Source: Antedon mediterranea
Lineage: Eukaryota > Animalia > Echinodermata
Assembly (NCBI RefSeq): GCF_964355755.1
Contig: NC_092673.1
Coordinates: 24,735,648-24,799,647 of the forward strand
Length of the DNA stretch: 64,000 nucleotides
Direction of reading: 5' to 3'
The position numbers and the translations under genes were made by a program. Below, piece after piece: positions 12,101 to 24,712 of this stretch. The notes beneath the pieces are model-generated. The model worked only from the letters and a program-made list of their open reading frames with translations. It searched no databases and was not told where the DNA came from. Numbering within the stretch: position 1 is the first letter of the stretch; each line of letters begins with the position of its first letter.

Positions 12101-15100
12101 TGCGTATGTTAACAGCAGGATGTCAGCTAGTTGTCAGGTATATTACACGATATGAAGCAGCAACGCATCAGACATGTTATTGACTATAGCATATAAGTGC
12201 AGTGAGAAGTATGTCATGCGATAGCAGCATTAGCATTAGCATTCACTATGTATCATACAAATTAACTTTCTGTTACGAATGGGAATTAATGCGAGTATAA
12301 TTTATACTGAGTGTATTAAATATAGGAATTAATACAATAAGAAATCCGCCTTATCATTTTTGGTCAATAGTTTATTTAGTATGGATGTTGCTGTTTAATT
12401 TTTTTTTTAGGATTATTAGGTATAGTGTGTGGTTAACAGAACCTCACAGTTTTATGGACGAAAACAATGGCTGATATTTTGTGCTGAAAATAGTGGTTAA
12501 AACCCTGTCGTAGATTGATATAATAAAGAATTGGTCTAAGATACTTGTAGTAAAGAGAATCAGTTTTCCTTTGCGGTATTTGATTATGGAGGAAAAACAT
12601 TATTGACTTCATCATTATTTGGTTAATCTTTATTACTTAATTATAGTAATAGAAGAAATTAGATTCAGAACAGTGCTGTTTTTTTTATAGGATAATCAAA
12701 CACAGTAGAAAAGGAAACAAGTTGTTATTATGTATGAGCCGCTGCTAAGTAATTAATTAATTAGTAATGGTTGTCAACCATTTGGATATTTCAATAGAAA
12801 ATTGAACCAGTACATTAATTGGTAATACATGTTACAGGGAAAGTGTGACTACCCATTAATCACATACAACATTTACATACTGTAGAGTGTAACGAAATAA
12901 TTGTCTAGGTTGAGACTAGTAGCAGTTTTGTAAATTAAAAAATGTAAATTTCTTTGTGTAAATTTCTTAAGCGGACATAATTCAGAACCCAATAAAGTTC
13001 ATTGCAAACAGGTTGGCCATCATAGTGTTAAATAGAATATTGTCTATTGTTAATTTCACATAAACTTGTACCCTTTATAGAGATATCCACTTGATATGTG
13101 TGGAGAGTTTACTGTAGTTTTTTACCACAATACATTTTTACATTGACAGGACAGGTTGGTTCTTCTTTTGTTGAATTACATTTTTTTTATATGAAATATA
13201 TGAATATATTATTATTTTTTGTGCATTTTGTTTTGTTGTTATTCTAGTTTTAATTTTAATTTAATTAATGATTTTTAAAAGAATCTGCATACCTTACTGT
13301 ACAAATGTTTAAAAACATTTGTACAGTAAAGGTATGCAGCTTCTTCTAAAAATCAATACATCTTCTATTGAGTATTAAAAAAATATTCATTTTGCATCCA
13401 CATATTATAATAGTTATGATTGATTATGCTCATATTTTTCCAATTAATTTAATGTTTTTATGCTATAATTAAAGAACAGTTAACTAATAAACCGATGTTA
13501 ATATCCAAAATGTGTTTAAATCATTTTAGTTGAACCTGATTTTACAGTGTTTTAAAAGTACTGTAGATTTTGTTTGTCATTATACAAGAAGAGTGATAAA
13601 TTGACTCAGAAATAATCTTAAGTATTTCGTCGTTCAACAACCATAACAAAATTTTTTTCCGCTATAATATCATTATTGAATCAAATGACTTGGAAAAAAA
13701 CAGATCATATTGAATTTACTTCTGTCGGCATTATGTTACAGTACTATATGTCGACATTTCTTTTCTTTAAAAATCGAGAACATCATTTATTTCACATTAA
13801 AAAAAAAATTCTTTCTGTTCGAATTCTTGTTCAGCAGAATTGTAAAATCTTGATTTGTTTTGTCCTTATTATATATTTTGCTGTAATTCTTAGGTTTCAT
13901 TGTCATTTTTCCTCCCTAGATAGTTGTATTCAAGAAATGCCCTTTGTTATGTCCAACAGCTGATCAATGTATAAAGCATCATACTTTGAAATTGACATAT
14001 TTTCTCATATATTATCAAATGATACATATGATGTATGATAATAAAAAGTATGTTCTTTATATAAATGTTCAATAAAAAAACATGATTTTCTGTCCATAGG
14101 AAGTATTTCACTTTTTATGTTGTATAATAAATTAAATTGAAATTCTAGTTTTATGTTTTATTATTGATTCTAAAAATACTTTCTTCCCCACCTTTCCCAT
14201 TATCTCTTTCCCTTTTCCTCCCCCTCCTCCTCAACACACACTCCTTACCCCACTATTCTCACCCCACCTTCCTCATACCATCCTTGAAAAAAAAATCACT
14301 TGAATTTTATACCATGAACTACAGTAATAGTTAATACTACTGTTGAAATTATTATTACCTTTGCATTTATAAGATTTTTTTATGCATCTCAATCCAATTT
14401 CTTTTCCTTTTATCAAAGCCATATCGACGCCCATACAACTTTACCTGTATGTTGTGTATACAATATTTAGTTATTCAATCTAGCCAACGGTCCACTCATA
14501 AAGTTTCAATTTACCACCCGCTATTGTCATATCTCCATCGGTTTAACCAAGCCAAGCTGTGCTTAGCCTCGAGAAAGGTGTTAACAGGAACGCACAGCCC
14601 TGCAGCTTTATTCCATGAGAATTATTATACTTGATACGACAGCTAGTAATAGTCAGTGCTGTATATAGTGTGTGTTACTGTAGGCACTGTGCTGTATACG
14701 TTCACAGATGTATATTTGTCTATGTGAAGACTACGGTTATTAGATTGTAGAATTATGCGGATTGTGATGTAGTGTAATAGATTAGATTCCGAGTACAATT
14801 TACATCTGTTTTTACATTGCCATTTTTAAGTTGTTATTGAACAATATTTCAAGCTATATTTATTCACATTCTGTCAAGTTATTTTTATATTCGCTGTTGT
14901 CTAGATGATGGTTTTGCTGATAGAAAAGGGCCTTGAAGTCATTAATTATTTTATGCATTGTGTGCTTTCATGATTGGCATTGTTATGATGTTATCATTAT
15001 AAAGGGGATGCTTAGTAAATTTGTTTTAATAGAAAGCATATACGTGTAAATATTGGATAGTTATATTTATTTTATAAACAAATGGTACTGTAGCAGTTAA

Positions 15101-15825
15101 TAGAAACCTAAACATAGTAATCTATGTAATTTGTCGTAAAAGAATGTTTCTAACCTTTACAGCACACTGCTATGAATTAGCCAAAGACATTGACACAGAC
15201 TTTTTGGAGTTTTTAATATATTAATAAAGGGGCACACAAGTGTTTAAGGCGCCAAAGAAAAAACTACTTAAACTACAGTATAAACTAATATGGGTCTGTG
15301 GTTAAAATAAAACGTTAATGTGTCAAGAAATTAAAAAGAAAGTTACGTATTCGGAGGACGTTTCACTTAAAAATGAACGGCAAACCACTCAGGCGACTTT
15401 CTATCAAGGGGCCACTTTTTTGTGTCCTGAAGGTGCCTTAATTCAGCTGTTATTAAACTATCATTTGTTTGTTACTAAAAAGATCTTCAGTAACACCAAA
15501 AAAAAAAAAATTATGATTGAGAATGTCTTGACATATTGGTTAACAACTTCTGAAAATGATCTGTGGAATCATTCTTAAAAAACAAATACAGTATTTTACA
15601 ATCGAGATGGTGTTTATTTAAAATTAGTTCTTTTTATTCTCCAAGATGGTTGTCGACTGAAACATCGAAAGATTCTCAACCATACCGCAAACCTACCTAA
15701 TACTAGTGTACATTCGACATGCAAAACCTAACCTAAATATTGTAAAAAATCTTTATTTTTTGTTTTTATCTTTACAGAACTGTCCAATCTTGCTGCATTA
15801 TAGACCAAAACTTCACTTCAGCTAA
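3058..15825 (+). CDS. PCGF3: Polycomb group RING finger protein 3/5-like, 3' portion (RAWUL domain); 5' RING exons lie upstream of the window
   Basis: GT-AG exons 3058-3123, 6080-6291, 6654-6734 and 15778-15825 splice in phase (1,1,0,0). They give ...[96 protein letters not shown], matching the PCGF3/5 C-terminus (DYHR, [18 protein letters not shown]). An optional 36-nt exon may lie at 4251-4286. Confidence 0.9.
3401..3573. mobile_element. MITE family A (TIR AAGCTCTGTCTACAC)
   Basis: TIRs plus internal GCCCAAATATGGTAGTGATAT repeats; 7 copies in the window. Confidence 0.8.
3598..3691. mobile_element. MITE family B
   Basis: AAGCGTGGTTCCCACTAG ... CTAGTGGGAACCAAGCTT; related copy at 47347-47532. 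Confidence 0.7.
5900..6046. mobile_element. MITE family A copy (one end truncated)
   Basis: AAGCTCTGTCTACACTATCAAACT plus ATATCACTACCATATTTGGGC repeats. Confidence 0.75.
6080..6291 (+). CDS. PCGF3: PCGF3-like coding exon (RAWUL N-part)
   Basis: tttgcag| ... GAG|gtaggt; encodes DYHRNDDQV...QATITHLKK. Confidence 0.92.
6654..6734 (+). CDS. PCGF3: PCGF3-like coding exon
   Basis: ctacag| [27 protein letters not shown] |gtaagt. Confidence 0.95.
7757..9402. mobile_element. Non-autonomous DNA transposon (~1.65 kb) in the last PCGF3 intron
   Basis: TIR ATATGTGACCCGATCTGGCAAAACCCT...TTTGTCGG at both ends; ATAT may be a 4-bp TSD; CpG-rich interior; no transposase ORF. Confidence 0.88.
11219..11770 (-). 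mobile_element. 5'-truncated non-LTR retrotransposon (Rex1/CR1-group) 3' fragment
   Basis: ORF remnant KKIMKDNSHPL...SGR...TTRCRKSF is typical of the RT ORF2 C-terminus; followed by AATAAA and a (TCTTA)n tail on the minus strand. Confidence 0.7.
15778..15825 (+). CDS. PCGF3: PCGF3-like terminal coding exon
   Basis: tttacag| [24 protein letters not shown] ~65 nt downstream. Confidence 0.9.
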   Translation, partial: [15 protein letters not shown]

Positions 15826-16210
15826 CATTAGCCAATTAAGAGAGAAGATACATTTATATAGAGATAATGTAAATACATATATTTTATAATAAAATTTTGA
15901 TTGAATCTAAATTAATTAATTGTGGTCTCAGATTATTAAGATTGAATGCTGCCATTGAAGGAAGAAGGATAACGGAATAATACAGAGAATTTGAAGTAGC
16001 CGTTAAAGAGCGAGACTGAAAAGTAGAAATTGCAATGTGTATCATTATACAAAGAGAATCAACTCACCAACTACCAGTTTTAATTATGAAGATCCCGCCA
16101 ATTTTTATATTTTATCCATGTAATTGTAAACATACGATCTGGATAAAAATGACTGTGTAGCTATATATACAGTACCAAACACTTACCATTAATTGGTATC
16201 TATACACTAA

Positions 16211-16378
16211 GGGCCAATTTACACAGACAAGCGGTAAAGGTAATAAAAATCTGTGTTATTCCTTATGACCATTTACACACATCGCGGAGTGGACGGGTGG
16301 GTTAAAAAATGATAGATACAAATTCTATGTTTGACAAGCTTACCGCTTACCGTTACCGCTCATCTGTGTAAGTTGGTC
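16211..16378. mobile_element. MITE family C (Harbinger-like, TWA flanks)
   Basis: GGCCAATTTACACAGA ... TCTGTGTAAGTTGGTC; related copy at 23868-24033. Confidence 0.65.
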
Positions 16379-16583
16379 TTACTACGGTATAACAAAAGGA
16401 GAGTTTGTACGTTTTTTTCAATGGACACATTTTTTGTACTGCACGTATTCATACACAAAATGTTGACCGAAATTGTACTGGAAAGGTTTAAGTACTGTTG
16501 AAAACTGCCTATCTTTATATATTGTTTTATTTAGTATGTCTGCAAGTTAAACATTTAGAAACTGGTATTATTTACAGAGTAAA

Positions 16584-17093
16584 TAGGGAGGTTTCGCAAC
16601 CTTACGAATACGATAACGAAAACGGATACGTCATACGTTTGTGAAACTTTTGAGCTGATCCCAATTTCATATTCGTAAAGTGTATTCGTGTTGACGAATA
16701 TCACCAGTCATATTCATAACTACAAAACGAGTATTGTTTTTGATCTATTTTGCACATTTTGCATTTTAATCAGGAATGATTCATGATTATAATATAATTA
16801 TAGATTTATTGAAAGTAATTTACAAAAGTAATTTACTAAAATGCCAAGTCAATTTTGATAAATAGCAGTTTTTAAAGTCCTCACTCGCTTTGATGTTACG
16901 CTAGGCCTAGGCAGCCAAGCACCAAGCAACACGTACCTGCGCTTTGCTCAAATTTACTGCAGTCATATTTTGGACGCGCCTCAATATTTTGTTGCCATGC
17001 GAAACAGATTTTTTTATGGCTTACGAAAACGAATACGTGTGCGTGACGTATCCGTTTTCGTTATCGTATTGGTAAGATTGCGAAACCTCTCTA
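16584..17093. mobile_element. MITE with ~50-bp TIRs
   Basis: TAGGGAGGTTTCGCAACCTTACGAATACGATAACGAAAACGGATACGTCA versus its near-perfect reverse complement at 17044-17093. Confidence 0.85.
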
Positions 17094-17224
17094 TTAATAT
17101 CAGACATGAATTTCAACCAATTGTCAATAAACAGAATATTAAACTAATCAAGGCTAAAATCAAGATTATAATATTGAAGAGGAAATTAATTAATGAAAGT
17201 ACCAGCAACTTAAAATTTGTCTGT

Positions 17225-17350
17225 AAAGCTCTGTCTACACCTAAGTATGGTAGTGATATACCAAAATATAGTAGTGATATGACATCATGTCCATATATAA
17301 ACACATCACATTTTTTTGTCACAAAGTTTGATAGTGTAGACAGAGTTTTA
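17225..17350. mobile_element. MITE family A copy
   Basis: AAAGCTCTGTCTACAC ... GTGTAGACAGAGTTT. Confidence 0.8.
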
Positions 17351-18490
17351 CACTAACAGTATCTATAAAACCATTCTTTACCTAAAAAATGATATTACTA
17401 ATTTAGTTGTCTTTTCTAATAAGTAATATTTCGGGAATCTCACCTCTTCTACTGATTCGACCTCATAATGTATAAGTTCATTCACAAAGTAAATCAAACA
17501 CTAATATAGATAAACCAATTGTGAAAATCAATATTAAATACAGTAACTGTATGTATATATTTTGTTCTTTATTTGGACATATACTTTTAATATTATCAGA
17601 AAACTTGCAGTACAAATAACCTTCTTTATAATACAATGTCACAAATATGCAAATTAGGTTGTTTCTTGTATGATTACCACTCATGAATATTCATTAATCA
17701 GCTCAATGTCAATATACTTATACTGTTTAATTAATCCTTGAATTAAAATTTAAATTAATTCACTTTGTTACACACTGTTACAAATAATACATATTGGTTT
17801 TAATGAGTCATTGAACATTTGTTAAAAAGTTTCATTTGATTCCAATTAAAAAAAAATGTTGAATACAAATTCAAGCAAGGATTTACCTCAAAATTAATTA
17901 GCATTATATTACTTTAATGTTCTGTAAATCTTTATATGTGACACTTCCTCATTATCTACAGAGATAATTGATGGAGGAGTAGACAGGAGTAAAGAGCAAG
18001 AGTATAGAGTAGGAGTAAGGAGTAGGAGTAGACAGATTAACGTTAGTGGGAGAAGATAGCAAAAGAGGAAGGCTGGTGGGGATACATTCTATAGTACAAC
18101 ACACACATTCTCTCACCCAGATTATCACCTAATTATGTGACAAAAGCCTGTTTATATTGACTAAGGAATATGGAATTAAATATGGTATTTTGAAACAGTA
18201 TTCTCTTCTCAAAAGAAAATTTTTAGCTTCAACGTAATATTTTTAATAAGAGCGGTTTCGAAGACTGTACTTTTGGTGTTTTTCAATAGAATCAGGCTGT
18301 GCAGGGCTGTAGCCACCAGTACGGTTGGTAAGGTTTCAACCTATCCACTTTTTCACAGAAGCCTTTGTCAACCCAGTGGCTTGAACAGAGATCGTTCTCT
18401 TTTCTTGTAAAAAACCACACCACTTTATTTCTTGTAACTACATCACTTCTTCTATTACATGATATTCTATACACAGTATAATGGTTACAC

Positions 18491-20115
18491 TTTATTGGTT
18501 ATCCGCAACGAAGTTGCAGGATAACCTCTTGTGATTGTACGAAATCATCATCATCATCATCATCATCATCAACTTTTTATTCTTCTTCTTTCTTTCTGTA
18601 TGATTTTTGTGTAACGCTTTTCTCTAAAACTCGCAAACATAACATTTCGGTAACTATGTTAACATTTTGACATTTATGTAACGTCGTCAAGCGAAGCTTT
18701 TCATGATGTTTACAATTGCGCAACGTGACGTACGCGCGATTTAACGATTTTCTCGTATCTAACATATGTCGAAAACCAAATAACATTTTAAAGTGAAACT
18801 TTGCAAAAGTTTAATTTATATCATGCGCTAACTTTCTGTTGAAAAAAAATTGCGTGTTTTACACAAAGTTACGCGCGCACGCGTATTTAAAATTTCAAAA
18901 TGCGCAAAATTAATTTATAATCAACTTTCTACGCGTTTTATGTCGTTTTAAGCATGTCAAAAATTCCCACGCGTGCGCACATTTTTACGTGTGCGGTGCG
19001 CACGTAGCATTGAAAACGTATTTTTTTCGCGTGATTTATGTTTTTCCAGCCTTTTCTAGCAATTTTACCAAATTTTAAACAATTTCGACTTAAAGATACG
19101 TCATACGAGCACGTCGAATTGGACAATTTGCGCGCGTTTTTTATGAAAAGGTCAAAAAATTCGTTTGAAATATGCCTTTTTTTAAACAGTCGTAATTTCT
19201 AAACTAGACGGTCAACTTTTTGTGGATGACATATTCTGGAAGTAGATGAGTTGTAGATATCGGATCAGGTATTAATATGGCTAACCGGACATTGTGACGT
19301 CATCGTATGGCCACGCGAATATAAAATTTAGGATTTTTGTATCTTTCGTCATAACTCATCACATTGAATAGAGCGCATCTCCACCTATTCGTTTTCCATT
19401 TTCACCCCGATTTTGATATTGTCTAGGTCAATCAACTATCTTTCGCATGAGTTAAAAATATTTTAATTTTTTTGACGTCATCATGCCTAAAAATTTAAAT
19501 CACGTGTGGCATCAATTTCATCTTTACAGTAAATTTTAATCTGTTATAGCTCGTAAGAATAAAAAGTGATAATCACGATTAAAACTTTTTCTGGAAGCTA
19601 TTGGATTGTAGATACGAAATTATGTAAAAATGTTGCCAATCGAATGTTGTGACGTCATCATATGGCCAGTTAAATGAAAAAGGTCGTATTTTCATCTTTT
19701 GCGTCATAATTCATTACATTTAAAAGAGCGCGCATCAATATTTCACGTATTCAAATTTCTTCTACACGCTAATACGTTGTTGCTGAGATAATTTCCTTTC
19801 GGAATTGCTACCTTCGAGTTTCATTTTAAAACCGTCAACATGTTAAAAATTGCAATAAATAGCAGGTCCCGTAATTTCACCTATTCTACACTGTATGTCA
19901 CTGTATGTGATATGGATACAGAATATACTGTGTATACTATATATGAATTTAAATAATAAAATTCAGCAATAACAACATATCATATTCTTCAGTTCAGATC
20001 ATAATGCCAACGTGAACACTTCCTTTTGTCCTCAACCTATCCCCTTAATGTTAATGTTGCACCACTTGCGCGGCGGATAACCAAACTCGTCAAAGTGACG
20101 AGTTACATGTCTAGT
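18491..20115 (+). mobile_element. Helentron/HINE (DINE-1-like) non-autonomous rolling-circle element
   Basis: SubTIR TTGGTTATCCGC (18495) / GCGGATAACCAA (20073); 5' hairpin; (ATC)n microsatellite; internal ~370-bp duplication; 3' hairpin AACTCGTCA-AAG-TGACGAGTT followed by CTAGT. Confidence 0.8.
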
Positions 20116-20327
20116 ATTGTTTTTTTTTTATTTTATGGTTTTTTTTTTTTGCTTCTTAGAGTTCATTTTGAATTCAAAGTTCATACATTGTTCAATTATT
20201 TTTAGTCTACTATGTTGTTGTTCTATTGTCATAAATCATTTAAGTTCCATAATCGATTTACAAGCCTGTAATTCATTCAGTATGGTAACATGTTGTTGTA
20301 ACCTACTGTTACAAAAATTATTGTGTG

Positions 20328-20467
20328 ACACTATCAAACTTGTTTGACAAAAAAAATTTGATGTGCCCGTATATGGTAGTGATATGCCCAAATATGGTAG
20401 TGATATGACATCATCATGTCCATATATTTTTTTGTCACATAAAGTTTGATAGTGTAGACAAAGCTTT
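20328..20467. mobile_element. MITE family A copy
   Basis: ACACTATCAAACT ... AGTTTGATAGTGTAGACAAAGCTT. Confidence 0.75.
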
Positions 20468-22089
20468 ACCATAGTATTAGTAATGAATCAAACATAAGCC
20501 CACCCTGGGGTATAAGTCTATGCCAAAATATAAGTACTGTAATTTGTTTTATGATCAAGATCCCTGTTGGTATATGTGAACCCACATAGGTCTGTCTTGT
20601 GTTTTAACCTTACACATTTATTTATGGATCTCAACTAATTTTTAGTGGTAAAATATGCTTAATTTTCCATTTAATTTTGCAAATGAAATCTTGATAGTTA
20701 ATTTGTTTATTTATTGATAATAATTGAATAGAAAATGCATTAGCCCATGTTCTATTGGCTATTATCTGGAAGAATATTTTTTCTAGTTTTATTTGTTTTC
20801 TGATTCTGTTTAATGACTTATGAACAATGTATCCAATAAATGAACAGTGTAGGTTATGGCTTTTTTATCAAAGCTAATCAATCAATCATTGATTTCAATG
20901 TATCAATCATGTTCTTAGTGATCAATACTTTATTGATCAATCATCTATAATACATACAAATCTTTTTTTGTTTATTGATTTCATCTTTAATACTGTACAA
21001 TAGTAAATGAATTTATCAAATTACATCATTAATAACGTAATCAATCATTTAGTCAATTTATTTTTAGTTTATTTATTTTTCAATTCAATTTGTCAATCTG
21101 GAAAGTTTATATAATATAATTGTACTATTTCTTGCAATTCCTATAAATAATGTAGACAAGGTAAAAAAAACGTGTACAATTATATAAAGAAAACAAATTA
21201 AAAAAGATAATTTTAAGATATCACATAATATCTTTAGTACTTTCACAATGGCTTTTAATATCAGGCCATGATATTATTACAATATATGATAGTTCTATAA
21301 TGCTACAGTCAGGCTTTCCTGAATGGACCCAATGATAGTCTTGCTATTAGCAAGCTAAGCCACATCTCCCTAAGGATCTATTGGTCAATGGTTAATTGTA
21401 TTTATGCATGTTAACTATATATTATCTTGCTGTTGTCTGTATGAAGATTCTTTAATTTTAATGTACTGTATGCAATAGAAAAATATATTCTGAAAATGGT
21501 AATTTCTTGAATATTAGTACAATCGTTAATAGCATTATCCCCAAAAAAATATTTCAAAAGATTGAGGATCGTAAAAGATGATAGGCCATTAAATAATGTA
21601 TTTCTCTGTTAAAATGAAAGGCCATGAAATTATTTATGATTTTCTTAGAATAAAGTATTCGTAAACATTAGTGGTGTGAATAAATAAAGTGTTTACAATC
21701 AATAATTTATTCAATTTAAAAAAAGAAAATGAGATGCACTACAATTTGTTACGAAACCATGATGGTCATAAATTAAAATTGTAAGGCCTACATATCAGAG
21801 TTCAACCTTGCTTTAATTGGAGTAAAAATGTTATATTTACTATAATATTTTGATTCTAATTTTTAATTCATTCTTTCAAATACAAAGATAAATAAAACAC
21901 ATTCGATGAAGGTAAATAATCATCCAAGCATTTATCATAAACGTAAATATATTAATCAGTATGTGTGTAGATGCCATTAAACAGTATATTGAAAGAGACT
22001 ACTGTACTGTGTATAATAAAATCAAACATATATGGTTGTGATAACAATTCCTATTCTAATCTAACCTCAGTATTTTATATTTACTAATC

Positions 22090-23185
22090 TGCTATTGATT
22101 ACTCATTGATCCATTAATTGGCTCCAGATTGATCAGTTGATTGATTGATGAATTGGTTTCTTATCTGATTGATTGATTTCTACTCTGATTGATTGATTGA
22201 TTATTACTCTGATTACTATATTCTAATTGATTGATTGCTACTCTGATTGATTATAACTGATTGATTGCTATTCTAATTCATTTATTACTACTCTGATTGA
22301 TTGACTATTACATTGATTGATTACTATTCTAATTGATTGATTATTACTCTGATTGATTATTACTCTGATTGATTGACTATTACATTGATTGATTACTATT
22401 CTAATTGATTGATTATTACTCTGATTGATTATTACTCTGATTGATTGACTATTACATTGATTGATTACTATTCTAATTGATTGATTATTACTCTGATTGA
22501 TTGACTATTACATTGATTGATTACTATTCTAATTGATTGATTATTACTCTGATTGATTGACTATTACATTGATTGATTACTATTCTAATTGATTGATTAT
22601 TACTCTGATTGATTGACTATTACATTGATTGATTACTATTCTAATTGATAGATTATTACTCTGATTGATTGATTATTACTATGATTGATTGATTATTACT
22701 CTGATTAATTACTATTTTAATTGATTGATTGCTACACTGATTGATTGATTATTACTATGATTGATTGATTATTACTCTGATTACTATTCTAATTGATTGA
22801 TTACTACTCTGATTGATTATTACTATGATTGATTAATTATTACTCTGATTAATTACTATTCTGATTGATTGATTGCTACACTGATTGATTGGTTATTGCT
22901 ATGATTGATTTTCACTTGGATTGATTACTATTCTAATTGATTGATTACTACTCTGATTGATTGATTATTACTATGTTCAATTGATTATTACTCAGATTGA
23001 TTATTACTCAGATTGATTACTATTTTAATTGATTGATTGCTACTCTGATTGATTGATAATTACTCTGATTGATATACTCTTGATTAATTGATAAATTACT
23101 ACTCCGATCAATTACTACTACTGTATGATTATTTGATTGATTACTATTCTGATTAATTTATCGATTACTATGATTAATTGGTTGA
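22090..23185. repeat. Complex (GATT)n/(ATTACT)n satellite
   Basis: Repeats of TTACTCTGATTGATTGA with a higher-order ~58-bp period in the centre. Confidence 0.9.
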
Positions 23186-23867
23186 ATAATTTTTTACTTC
23201 ATTCATTAAATTCAAGGTATATTGAAAGAGTTACTGATATGAACACATAAATATATAAATTACATACTTACTGAATACAGTACAGTTGGTTATGTGCATG
23301 TGCTTATGTTGTTAGATCATTTTCCAGATACAAATCTCCATTTAATAAAGTACAGTAAAGATATTTTGAAAAGGTAAATTAAAATATGTGGCAGCAGTTT
23401 GAATCCTGTCAGTGGTATTTATCAAACAATTAATTTATGGAACCACATATGTTGACAGCTATGCTACATGGTGTACAATGTTCTTGAAACGCTATGATTC
23501 AATGTATCAATAATTAGTATTAAATGCTTTCGCACTGTCTCAGCATGTTGATAACAATTTTGTGAAAATCATTTGAATGCTGTTTGATATTGTAATTACT
23601 TAGTTTTCATTGCAATGTATTTTGTTATATTTTGCAATTTTTTTTGTAAGAGATACTGGGACCACAATCAATATATAAATTGTTTTGATAGGCATAATGA
23701 CTTCCTTTACCAAACTGCCTTTAATTTGTTATTTTTGTGTTTTGTTGCCATATTGAGTTTTATTTATATATATATATATATATAGGGTTAGATAAGTTGA
23801 ATTCAGTCTGTGTAGTTTATTTCACATTTTGTACTCGAAATTACAAGTGTCGTATAAATGCTTGTAA

Positions 23868-24033
23868 ATGCCAATTTACACAGATGAACGGTAAGCGGTA
23901 AACCGTGTAGCCTGTCCCGTAGAATCTGTATCTAACCTGAGCATAAACTGCTCGTCCACTCTGCTTTGTGTGTAAATGATCATAAGATTCTATACTTTTA
24001 ATACCGTTACCGCTCTTCTGTGTAAATATGCCA
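23868..24033. mobile_element. MITE family C
   Basis: GCCAATTTACACAGATG ... TCTGTGTAAATATGCC. Confidence 0.65.
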
Positions 24034-24596
24034 TAAGGAGGAAGGCTAATGGGGTAAAAGGTTCAGGACTGTGGGTGACCCCATTAATACTTCCAATCTC
24101 GCAGCCTCAGCCTCACCCTAACCCCCTACACCATGTTCATATCCCTGTATGTTTAAAATTGGTTAAATGTAGCCTACTTCATTTCAATGTATTTTATGTG
24201 TGGTATTGTACAGTAATTCAATAATAGATTGAAATTGACAGTTGACAGAATAGATAAACTGATAATATGTACATAAATTTGTAAATAATGATATTTATAA
24301 TGTTAATGGAATATAAATACAGATTTTAAACGGTATGAACTTGTAATTAAGACATCAACTCCACCACTGGTTTGGTATTTCATGACCTGCATTGTAATTA
24401 CAGAGTGTATTAGATAGGTTAACAAGTTAGGGAATCTAATTAGTCTAATCACCCCCTAAGCTGCTGACATTTAGCCATTCACAAATAACAATGAATTATT
24501 AAAGACGCAATCTGGATTTAATTTCGGTAGAGTTTTTAGAAAATGAATGATTGTATTTAATGCAAAGTAAATAATGTGCAAGGCGTTTTCATGGTT

Positions 24597-24712
24597 AGTT
24601 ATTTACCCGGGTAAATTATTTACCCGGGTAAATTATTTACCCGGGTAAGTTATTTACCCGGGTAAGTTGTTTACCCGGGTAAGCTATTAACCTGGGTAAG
24701 TTCTTTACCCCA
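24597..24712. repeat. 16-bp tandem palindromic repeat TTATTTACCCGGGTAA (~7 copies) inside a small TIR element (~24582-24768)
   Basis: Read directly; flanks TTCATGGTTAGTTATTTA / TAAATAACTAAGCATGAA. Confidence 0.85.

Noticed and set aside
16970-17356. 128-aa ORF
   Set aside because: Spans two unrelated MITEs; no protein-like motifs
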